This document shows positions 38,701 to 50,700 of a stretch of DNA of 64,000 nucleotides, one piece after another. The notes beneath the pieces were generated by a model, which ran no database searches, was not told the DNA's origin, and saw only the letters and a list, made by a program, of their open reading frames with translations. The stretch comes from Betaproteobacteria bacterium (GTDB lineage: Bacteria > Pseudomonadota > Gammaproteobacteria > Burkholderiales > Thiobacillaceae), in the NCBI GenBank assembly GCA_020049415.1, contig JAIFKV010000129.1, positions 8,708-72,707 of the forward strand, given 5' to 3'. A program made the translations under genes and the position numbers. How positions within the stretch are numbered: position 1 is the first letter of the stretch; each line of letters starts with the position of its first letter.

Positions 38701-41700
38701 CGCAACCGTTCCGGGTCGCGTGCCGAAAGCAAAATGGCCTGTACCTCAGGCGCAGATTCTGCGTTGTCATCCGCCGGCACAGGCCACGCTTCGACCACCA
38801 CATGGGCATTGGCGCCGCCTGCCCCGAACGATGAAACACCGGCCAACAGTCGGTTCTGGCCGGTCGGCGCCCGCCAGGGAGCAGTGCGGGTTTGCAGATG
38901 GAAGGGGGTTCCCGCCAAATCAAGATTCGGATTCACCGCCTCGACATGCAAAGTCGGCGCCAGTTGCCGGTAACGCATCTGCAACAGCACCTTGGTCAAG
39001 CCGGCGATGCCTGCTGCGGCTTCCAGATGCCCGATACCCGACTTCACCGAACCGAGCGCACAAGCACCTGCCGGCACGCCCTCGCCAAAAGCCTGGCAGA
39101 GGCCGCTGAACTCGATGGGATCGCCCAACTCGGTGCCGGTGCCATGCGCCTCGACATAGCTGATATCGGCGCCGGCAACCCCCGCACGCGCCAACGCGGC
39201 CTGGATAACCGCGCCCTGGGCGAGCGGGTTGGGCACCGTATAGCCAGCGGTATTGCCGCCGTGATTGACCGCGCTGCCAAGGATCAGCCCATGCACCTGG
39301 TCGCCATCCGCCAGCGCACGCGACAGGGGTTTCAAGACCACACACCCCACGCCTTCGCCGGGCACGAAGCCTTTGCCGCCAGCGCCAAAGCTGCGGCAAT
39401 GACCGTCGGGGCTGAGCATGCGGGCGGCGCTCAGTTCAATGTAGTTGTCGGGATGCAGGTAGAGATTCACGCCGCCAACCAGCGCCAAGGCACACTCGCC
39501 CCGCCGCAGCTGCTCGCAGGCCTCGTGGATGGCGGTCAGGGACGATGAACACATGGTGTCGATCGGCAGGCTCGGGCCGCGCAGGCCCAGGCAGAAAGAC
39601 ACCCGGTTGGCGACGCTGGCAAACGATGTAACGGGACGCACCAGTGCGCCGTTGTCGCCCTGCCAGACGCCATAATGTTCGAAGCCGGTCTTGGTGACGC
39701 CAACGAACACGCCCACCTGCGCGTCGTGCTGTGCAGCCAGACGCGCCCGGGTGTAGCCGGCATCCTCGCAGGCCGCCCAGGCCTGCATCAGAAACAGCCG
39801 CTCCTGCGGGTCCATGGCGGCAGCTTCACGCGGGGAAATGCGGAAGAACAGCGGGTCGAAATCGGCAAAACCCTCAACAAAACCACCCCAGCGCGAATAG
39901 CTCATTCCCGATGCCACGGCACGATCCGGGTCGGCCTCGTAGAAGCCATCCAGGGACCAGCGTTCTGCGGGTATTTCCCCGATCATCTCCCGTCCGGCAG
40001 ACAGGTTGGCCCAGAACTGCGCCAAATCGGCCGCACCGGGATAACGACCGCTGATGCCGATGACGGCGATCGGCTCTTCGCCTGTACCGGCTTGGCCAGC
40101 AGACAGGGAAACATCTTCGCGCCGGATAACCGGCGATGCCAGCGCAGCGCTGCCCGTTTGACCAACCCAGGTGCAACAGGCGTCGGCGTGCTTGGCCAGC
40201 AGATGGTCGGCCACCTGGGCCAATGTTCGGCATTCGAAGAAGAGGGTCTTCGACAGTCGCCCGAAACGCTCCCCCAGGGCCTGGTTGAGCCGATTGATCA
40301 TCAAGGAGTCGATGCCATACTGTTCCAGAGCTTCATCCGCCAGAATCTGCGCTGCCGCCAGCCCGGAGATTTCCGCCAGCAGCGCGCCCAGATGCTGCAC
40401 CACCCCGCGGCGCAGTGCAGCGTCGGTAACTTCGGTCTCTTCCTGTTTCGTTGTGGCGCTCGCCGTTCCCGGCAGAAAGGCCGCCTGATGGAAGAATGCC
40501 TGGATGCGGTCTGCATCGCCGGCAACCACCGCTAGCTGGTTTTGTCCCGCGTCGAGACATCGCTGCAGTGCGTTTAACCCCTGCGCGCTACCCAGCGGTC
40601 GCTGCCCCATGCGCTCGAAGAAGGCGTGTTCGCCGGCAGGACTGACCCGCATGCCGCCCGCCCGCCAGAGGGGCCAGTCGATGGCGAGCATCGGCCCCTT
40701 GTGCCATTCGGCCAAGGCATCGAGAAAGCCGTTTGCCGCCGCGTAATCGGCCTGCCCCGCATTGCCGACAGCACCGGCCAGCGAAGAGAACATGACGAAA
40801 CAATCCAGCGCCAGCCCGCGACAGGCCTCCCGCAGGGCCCAGGCCCCTCCTACCTTGGGCGCGCATACCGCCCGTAGCTGCTCGGAGGTCTTGCGGATGA
40901 GGGCGCTGTCCCGATGAATGCCGGCGCAGTGGATCACGCCATGCAGTGCGCCATGCTGCGCCACACACTGACGCACCAGTGCAGTCACGGCTGGCCCGTC
41001 GCTGATATCCATCTGCTGGTAGCGCAGCGTTGCCCCGGATTGAGCCAAATCTGCCAGCGCCTGCTGCCGATCCGGATCAAGCGGGGAAGCACCGACCAGC
41101 AGCAGAGTCACACCCGCCGCCTGGCGGGTGATTTCCCCGACCAGCAGACGCCCCAGCGCCCCCAGGCCGCCACTGATCAAATAGACCCCGCCGGGCCGCC
41201 AGGAAAAAGATCGCTTCACCGCGGATGTGGCTGGCAAAGTCTGCCAGACACGTACCAGGCGGCGACCATCCTGATAGCGAATACGCCGGTGCTTGCCTGA
41301 CTGGGCTTCCCGGTCAAGGCAGGCCAGGGCCTCGGCCGCAGAGATGGTGGGCGGAACCTCGATCACTTGTCCCAGCAGGTGTGGAATCTCTTCGCCAACG
41401 CTGTCCAGCAGCGCTCCCAGTCCGGCATGCATACCACGCTCGGCATCGCGCGGCACCAGCAACTGCACCAGCAATTCACCGTCCAAACCGGTTTTCACCG
41501 CCTGTTGCAAGGCCCGCATGAGAATGTCGGCGAGGTTCTGGTAGCGTTCGTCCGCAGCAGCGGACTGCGGCGGCACGACAATAAGCTCCGGCACCCGCGT
41601 CGCCAGCGCCCCCAGGTCAAATTCACACGGCAGAATGAGTCGACGCCGGGAAACCGCCCCGCCGGCCAGCGGCAGCGTTTGCACCTGCCAGTGAGGCGTC

Positions 41701-44700
41701 AGCAGAACGGTCTCGGCTTCGGTCACCATGGCGGCCGAAAACTCGATTTCCCGCCCCGCCGGAAGCCAGTAACGCGTTTCGGCAAAAACCCTCGGCGGCA
41801 GTGGGGAGCGTCGAGACGAAGCGACATTCCCTTCATACGCTTCCAGCACCACGTGGGCATTGCTGCCGCCAAACCCAAAGCTGCTCACGCCGGCGCGGCG
41901 CGGCAACCGGCGTCCCTGTGCATCAACCTGAAGCGGCCAGGGCTGCCGGCTGCGGGTCAGATAAAACGGACTGTCCTGCAATTCAATATAAGGATTGACC
42001 GAGCTGCAATGCAGGGTTGGCGGCAACTCGCGCGCCCGCATCGCCATCAGCACCTTGACCACACCGGCAAGCCCGGCGGCCGCTTCCAGATGACCGATAT
42101 TTGCTTTGACCGACCCTAAGCCGATGCGCAGCGAGGTCGAGTTCTCCGCCAGACGGGCGTAAGCCAGACGCAGCCCGTTGACTTCCACCGGATCCCCCAG
42201 CGGGGTGCCGGTACCGTGAGTTTCGATATAGGCGATGCTTTGCGGCGCAATGCCCGCCATTGCCCGGGTGACCAGTTCAGCTTGCGCCTTGGCATTGGGT
42301 GCGGTCAGCGAACCGGCATGTCCGCCATGATTGATCGCCCCGCCGGCCACCAGGCCGAGAATGCTATCGCCATCCCGTTCGGCGGCCGCCAGCCCCTTGA
42401 GTACCAGCACCACCACGCCCTCGCCCCGCACATAGCCATCGGCGTCTGCCGCAAAGGTGCGGCAACGCCCGGAAGGGCTCAGCATGCCCGCCTGCCACGG
42501 CCCGGCAAAGCCTTCGATGGACAGGGCCAGATTGACGCCCCCCGCCAGCGCCATCGCACATTGACCGGTGCGGATCGACTCGACAGCGCGCAACAGCGCC
42601 ACCAGCGAACTGGAGCAGGCGGTATCCACCGCCTCGCTCGGCCCATGCAGGTTGAACTGCCAGGACACCCGGTTCGCCACCATCGCCAACGAATTGCCGG
42701 TGGCTACATAAGCGTCACTGTCGACGCCGTATGCCTGCAACAGACTCGCGTAGTCGCGGCCGCTGACACCGACAAAAACACCGGTTGCGCCGGGCAATTC
42801 ATCGGCACGATAACCGGCCGACTCGACCGCTTGCTGGGCAGTTTCCAGCACTAGCCGCTGCTGGGGATCCATGCGGCTGGCTTCATGCGGCGTTGTTTTG
42901 AAAAAGGCCGCATCGAAGCGATCGATATCCGCCAGGAATCCGCCTTGCAGCGGGAAGCCGCCCGCTTCCATGCGCGCCCGGTAAGCCGGGGAGTAACGCT
43001 CAAGTGGCAATGCCCCCACCAGGTCATCGCCCTGCAGCAAATGAGCGAAGAATGCCTCTGCAGTCGAACTGCCGGGCAACCTGACCGACATGCCGACGAT
43101 CGCCACGGCATCGGCCGGTGAAGCTGCGGGAGCAGGTGACTGGAGCAGTCGAGAAGACACCTCAAACGCCACCGGCTTCTCCGCTACGATCTGCGGCACG
43201 ACCGCCGCCGGCAAACGTGCCGCCAGCCAGCCAGCCAGGGCGTCGATATGTTCGCACTCGTAAAAGAGGGCGGGAGTCAGCGTGCTGCCGTAGCGAATGT
43301 TGATTTCATTTGCCAGCCGAGTCAGGGAAATAGAATCAAAACCCAGTTCGTAGAAAGGCGAGCGCGGGTTGATATCGGCCAGAGGAAACTTGAGCAACTG
43401 CGCTACCAGTTCCCGCAAACCCTGCGCATAGGCGGCATGTACGCCATCGTCGCCAGCCGCGCCCTCCCCCGCTACGTTGACGTTGGCGCCATCATTGGGC
43501 GCGGTGAATTCGACCGCCGAAACCTGCATCAGACGAACCGGCGGCATGGATGTGGCGGCTGACATGGTGGCTGACAAGGCGGCTGACACCGCGGCTGGCA
43601 TCGCCGCACCCGGTTTGGACCAGGCCAGTTGTTCCGGCGGAGACAGTTGCAACCCGAGCAGCGCAGCGGATGTCTGCCCGGTTGCGGTCAGGAAAAACAC
43701 GTCCCAGTCTTCCGGCTTGCCTGCCACAGGTCGCAGTAACACCTGGCGGGCCTCGCCAATGCCCAGGTAGATGCGGGCAATCCGCCCCAAGCTGAAGCGG
43801 GCGCACGCCGGCCGAGCCAGCACCAGCATCTGCCAGGCCGCAGCCAGCGCCTGCGCCGACAACACCACGTTGCGTTTGAAATGATCCTGCTGCTGCGGAG
43901 CATGGCGCAGATCAGCCAGCGACCCGCCACCGCCCAACAGCCATAGCGCATCGATTACCTCAAGGTAGGGCAAAAAACTCAACTGCATGTGCGCCAGCTG
44001 CGGGTAAAGCTGGCTGGCCGAAAGCGCCGGCCCGGCGCCAGTCCGCAGGTCGTCCAGATCAAATCCGGCCATGGCCTGCGGCTTGCCACCCAGACGGACA
44101 CGAGCAAAGGGCAGGCGCAACGCCTCATCCGTGCTGTCGGCCAGTTCGATCACTGGCTGATCAGCTTCGGTCAGCACCGCCGCGGACAGCTCTTTCATCT
44201 GCGGCCAATTGGGGGACCGCCCGACCTCCAGATCGCGCAGCTCGAAGTCGGGACCAAATCCGGCCAGACGCGCCAGCGCGGCAAAGATCTCCGGCAACAC
44301 GGTCGGCAACACTTGTTGCTGGCGGTTCAAGGTAAAAACGTAATCGAGCAATTCGCCCAGGTAGATCGATGTCTGGTAGCGCAAACCGTAACGATCCGAC
44401 TGGTTGCGGCCGACGAAGGGATGCAGCTTCAGACTGGCGCCCAAGGGAGCGACGACCGACGGCGCATCCGGAGAGGATTGATACCAGCAGCGCACCTGCT
44501 CGAACGGATAGGACGGCAGAGATAGCCGTCGCCGAATTCCGCTGCGGGAAAGATTTTCCCAGGCGATGGACACGCCATCGGCCCACCAGGCGCCCAGGCG
44601 CCCGAGTTCATTCTGCGCCAGCGCGGCAGCCACCTGGGCAGGCTCTATGCGCGGATCCCGGTCGAGAATGCTGGCCGTGAAAAACAGGCCATTGTCACCT

Positions 44701-47700
44701 TTGCCATGGGCGAGAAATTGCGCAAGCGCTTGCCGCAACTGTGCTTGATCCCGAACAACCACCGCCAGACGACAGGGCAGTTCGTTGCGTCCTGCCTGCA
44801 GGGTCCAGGCAACGTCGGCCATGGATGCATTGGGGCGGGCATCCAGCCAGATACAGAAACGTTCCAGCAATGCCCGCAGACGCTCGGTGTTCATGGCGGA
44901 AAAGACGCACAGCACATCTCCCGCTTGATCCGGGGTAACCGGCGCAGTCGGATATTCCTCGATGAGGATATGGACGTTGACGCCACCCGCGCCGATCGAG
45001 GTCACCCCGGCGCGGCGCGGCCATTGCCGTCCGGCCTGATCCCGACCGGGCGACCATTCGGCCAGCTCGCGCTGAACATGGAACGGAGTTTCGGCAAACG
45101 GGATATGGGGATTGAGAGTCTCGGCATGCAGCGATGGGGCGAGCTTGCCATGCTGCATCTGCAACAGCACCTTGACGATACCCGGCAAGGCAGCGGCGCC
45201 AAGCAGATGGGCGACGTTCGATTTGACGGTACCGATAGGACAAACCTGGCGTGCGCGGATGTACTTGCCGTAAACCTCGGTCAATGCCTTGATCTCGATC
45301 GGATCGCCCAAAGCAGTACCGGAACCATGGCCCTCGATATAACCAATGCTCTCCGGGGGAATGCCACTGTCCTTCAGGGCTTGCTCGATGGCGGCTGACT
45401 GCTGGCGGGGATTGGGTACCGTGAAACCGTTGCGCACACCGGCATTGCTGATGCCCGTGCCTTTGATGACGCCGTAGATATGATCACCATCACGCTCGGC
45501 ATCGACCAGCCGTTTCATCACCAATGCGCCAACGCCTTCGCCAAGAATGGTGCCATCGGCGCCTTGGCCGTAACCTCGTATCACCTCGGCCGTCTTGCTG
45601 GTGAAATGTTCCTGGGAGGTGGCAATCAGCTTTTGGGGATGGAGCAAAAGGCTGATGCCCCCGGCCAGGGCCATCCGCGTACGGCCACTGCGCAGCATAT
45701 GCACCGCTTCGTGTACGCAGGTCGCCGCGGCCGAGCACATGGTGTCGAGAAAGTAGGATGGCCCGGTGAATCCGTAGTAGTACGACACCATGTTCGGCAC
45801 CGTGCCGGTGTAGCTGCCGCTGGCCAGCGAGCCACGTTGCAGCATGTTCTGGAAGCCGTACAGGTTGTAGTCGTTGGTCATCGATCCGACGATCACCGCC
45901 ACCTCGCCGTCGTACTGGCGCTGCAGAGTTTCGCGGGAATACCCGGCGTCCTCGAAAGCTTCCACGCAGGTTTGCAGGAAAAGCCGGACCTCCGGCGACA
46001 TCAGCTCGGCCTCTGCCGGTGATATGCGGAAATAGCGCGGATCGAACAAATCGATGCCGTCCAGGAAGGCCCCGGTCTGGACGACGGTCTTGCCCAGCAC
46101 GTCACGTTCGGGATAGACGAGCGTCTCGTGGTTCCAGCGTTCGGGCGGAATACGCCGGAAGCCATGATGCCCCTGTTCCAGCATCTGCCAGAAGCTTTCC
46201 TGATCATCGGCCCCGGCCACATGCAGGGAAAGCCCGACAATCGCGATATCGTGCCGCCCCGGATTTTCCGCGTCAGCGACGTTTGTCCGGGTGACTTCAT
46301 CGGCGACGGGAGGCTCTGCCGCAGCTCCGGCGGCAACAGCATCGCCATCCCCGGCGCCATCAGCCGCATGTTCCTTCGCAAAGAAGGCCGCGAGGGCCGC
46401 CCCCTGCTCTTCCACCAGATGCCCGGCTACGCCCGCCAGATCGACATACTCGAAGAACAGGGTTTTCGAAAGCGGTCCGAGGGATTCCTCCATGCGGTTC
46501 GTCATCTCCACGATGACAATGGAATCCAGGCCATATTCTTCCAGCCGACGGTTGGCGCGTATCTTCGCTGGATCCATCTGGATCAACTCGCCGAGCAGAT
46601 CCTTGAGCCAGTCGACAGTGCGATTCAGGGTGTCCGCCAGAGAAGCGCTTGGCGACTCCGGCGCCGTCGAGATCAGGCTGGCGGCCCCGGCGATTTGCGC
46701 GCTGACGGCATGGGGGACAACAGCAAGGCTTGATTCCGCGCCAAACTCAGACAGCAATTGAAGAATCCGTTCTCGCTTGCCGTAATGCAAGGTAACCCGC
46801 GGATATCGCCCGGCCGCCAGCACCGCATCCAGGGCGGCAAGCGCCACCGCTGTCGGCAGCGGCTGCGAGCCAAAACGCCGTTGCAGGGCTTTGAGCGATG
46901 CGTCATCCACCGTCATGCCCCCCTCCGCCCATAGCGGCCAGGCGAGCGCTAGCGTCAGCCCTTGCCGCTCGCCGCCAGCAACCTGCCGGCTCCGCGCCTC
47001 GGCGAAGGCATCCATGAAAGCATTGGCGGCGGCATAGTCGCTTTGTCCCGGATTGCCCAGCGTCGCGGCAATAGAAGAACACAGCACGAAGAAATCCAGC
47101 GGAAGGTCACGCGTCGCCTGATCAAGGTTGAGCACCCCCCGCACCTTGGGTGCAAAAACCGCCGCCACATCTTCGGGCTGCTTGTTGATCAGGTAGCCGT
47201 CACGCAGCACACCCGCTGCATGGATGATGCCTTTGAGGGGACCAAGCTCGGCTTCGATCCAGCCGACCAGGGCCTGCACTTCGTCAGCTTTGGTGACATC
47301 GCAGGACCGATAGATGACCTGGGCGCGGTTTTTACCGCCATCCGCTTCCGCCGCATCGGGAGCACGACCGGAAACGACAATCTGGCGCACCCCGCGTGCC
47401 GTCAGCCAATCGACAAAATGACGCCCGAGCCCCCCCCGTCCGCCGGTGATTAAAACGACCCCGGCAAGACCTTCAGCGTCCGGCAAGCGCACCGGCGCGT
47501 CGGGCAGTTCAATCAGCGCATGGCGTGACACGCTGCGCTGGCCGGCAGCGTCATAGCGAATCTCGGTAAAACCGTCTTCCCGCGCCGCTTCAGCTTGCAG
47601 GATCGATACCAGTTGGGTCGGCGTCAGCTCGGGTGCAACCCGTAGCACCGCACCGGCGAACGTTGGCTGCTCGGCAACCATGCAGCGTAACAACGCCGCC

Positions 47701-50700
47701 AGCGCACTACCTGACAAATCATGTTGCCCCTCTGGCAGCATCACCAGCCACTGTTGCCGCTTGCGCCCGCCACGGCTAGAGAGCAGACGCTGGCGCAGCA
47801 AATCGAACCAGGCAAGAATGCAATCGCCCGCGTCTGCCGGCTCGGGCAGCACGTCAACATCCAGAGTGCAAGCGTCGCACAATTGAGCCACCAGAGACGG
47901 CGCAAACCCCGCCAGCAGCACCTGAGTCTGGCGCGCGGGAGCTTGCCCGCTCTCGCCAGAAAGAGGACGCAATTCCCAATGAGGCATAGAAAACAGTGGC
48001 GCCGGTAGGACAACCGGCGGCGCCATCACCCGCAACGCAAGCTCATGGAAGCGCAGCTTGACCCGTCCTTCGCGGTCGGCAAGCGTGATGTCGAAACGGC
48101 GCAGCCCGGCATCCCGCCCACCAATCGGCTTCAGCAAGGCCCACATGGATTCACTGCACCCTCCGCGCACGTCCACCTGACGACAGGAGAATGGCACCGC
48201 CGCCCCGGGCAACCCGTCACCCACATTCTCCAGCCCGATCCAGGCTTGAATGGCGGCATCCAGCATCACCGGATGCAGAGCAAAGCTGTCCAGCGTAGCG
48301 CGCAACAGTCGCGGTAGCTTGAGGCTGACAAGAAAAAAGTCAGGACCACGATGGCAGCCCGTGATCGCCCGGAAACTCGGGCCATGGTGCATACCCGTCG
48401 CCGCCAATCGCTGGTAAAGCAATTCCGGCGTCATCGCCGTCACCGCTGCAGTACTTGCCGCGGCCCGCAATGCCGCCAGGTCGAGCACCTCCCCGATATC
48501 AACCTCACCTTGGACAATACTGCCCTGGGCATTCTGGTTGCCCGAAGTGGCGTCAGCCTCGAGCCGCTCGATTTCAAAATCCAGCTCGGCATGGCGCGGC
48601 AACAAGGGGGTGTCGGACTTACCCGGAGAGTCGGCGCTGGCGGGGTGGCGCGCCGGCTGCAGACGGATTTCGACCCGTGCCGGCGACTCTCCGGCCACCA
48701 CCGGTCGCGTCCACACCACCTGATTGATGCGGCAGGAGACGGCGGCATCCTCGGTCAGCCCGGCCGCTTGTGCCCATGCTGCCCGGGCCATCTCCAGGCA
48801 GACGACCCCCGGCAAGACCTGAACAGTGCCGACGTGATGTTCCGCCCAGAAAAATTCGCTGCCGGCCAGAGGCGTCTGGTAACACTGCCGCCCGATGCGG
48901 GAGAGGTTCCGGTGCAACAAGGGATGAATAACCGCTTCTGGATCCTTGGCCCCCAACGCAGCATCCATCCAGTAGCGTTCACGGGCAAACGGATAAGTCG
49001 GTAAATGGATACGCCGGCGCGTCGCATCGGGGGCCAGTCGCGACCAATCTACCGCCTCACCAGCCAGCCATTGCGTCGCCAATTCGAGCATGGGATCGGA
49101 CGATTCCTGCCCAGATTCCAGCCCGAATATGAAAGAAGACGCGGTCCCGACCTTGATGAAATCGGCGAGTGCCAACTTTAGGGTGGCCAGATCAGCCACC
49201 CGCCACACCACCCGGACAGCCATTGCTTCCCGCCCTTGTTGCAGGGTCCAGGCGAGATCAGCCAAGGCGACCTGATGCCCGGGGCCAGCGAGGTAATCCA
49301 GTAGTTTGCCGGCGATGGCGACTAAACGCCCTTCGTCTCGCGCCGACAAGGGAATCAGCTCAGGCACGATGTCGATGACAGCCGCTGACTCAGGCCGCAA
49401 CGGCGCCTCCTCAAGCAACACGTGGGCATTGCTGCCGCCAAAGCCGAAGGCGCTTACCCCCGCTCGCCGTGGTTGGCCCGGCGTACGCGGCCAGGCGGTC
49501 AACTGATGCTGGATGCGGAACGGCGTGCTGTCGAGATTTATCAGTGCATTGATCTGACCAAAATCGACATTGGCCGGCAACGCCTCGTGCCCCAGTGCCG
49601 CCAGCACCTTGACGATACCGGCGACCCCCGCCGCCCCTTCGAGATGACCAATATTTGTCTTTACCGAACCGATACCGCAACTCCCGGCCACCGGCGTCTC
49701 GCCCGCCGCTTCATACAAACTGGCGAAGGCTTGCTTCAGGCCGGCGATTTCAATCGGATCGCCAAGGGGAGTCCCCGTCCCATGAGCCTCGATGTAGGTA
49801 ATGCTTTCAGGCGCAACCTCCGCCACGCGGATCACCCGGCTGATTAGTTCGGCCTGGGCCTGGGGATTGGTCACGGTCAGAGAATTGGTGCGCCCGCCAT
49901 GGTTGACACCGCTACCGCGAATAACGCCGTGGATCGCATCGCCATCCGCCAACGCACGGTTCAGGGGTTTAAGCAGGAGCATCGCCCCGCCTTCGCCACG
50001 CACGTAACCGTCGGCTCGCTCGTCGAAGGCCATGCTGGCGCCCTCACGGGACAGCATGCCATTCTTTGAAAACGCGATGAAATGATTGGGCGACCAGATC
50101 AGGTTGACGCCACCCGCCAGGGCCAGTTCGCAATTGCCCGACTGAAGCGCCCGCACCGCCTCATGCACCGAAGTAAGCGATGCGGCACAGGCGGTGTCGT
50201 TGGCGATGCTGGGGCCTCGCAAGTCAAAAAAGTGCGACACCCGGTTGGCGATGATGGAAAAGGCAATGCCGGTTGGCAGATAGGCATCGATCTGGGCCAG
50301 GTGTTTTTCCAACAGTTCCGCATAGTCCCAGTGACACACGCCCATGAAAACGCCGGTATTGGAACCAGCCAGCGCGCTGGCGCGATAGCCCGCATCCTCG
50401 ATGGCCTGCCAGGCCAGTTCCAGGGCGAAGCGCTGCTGAGGATCCATCCATGCCGCTTCGCGCGGCGAGATATTGAAAAAGCGGGCATCGAAACAATCCG
50501 CCTGATCGATAAACCCACCCCGGATACTGCTGGTCTTGTTGCCTTTTGCGGGATTGCCCCGCAACGCCGTTTTATCCCACCGCCGCGCGGGAACCTCGCT
50601 AATCAGCGAGCGGGCCGCCGCCAGATGGCGCCAAAACTCATCCAGGGAATCGGCCCCCGGCAGTCGCACCCCGACACCGATAATGGCGATGTCAGTCCAC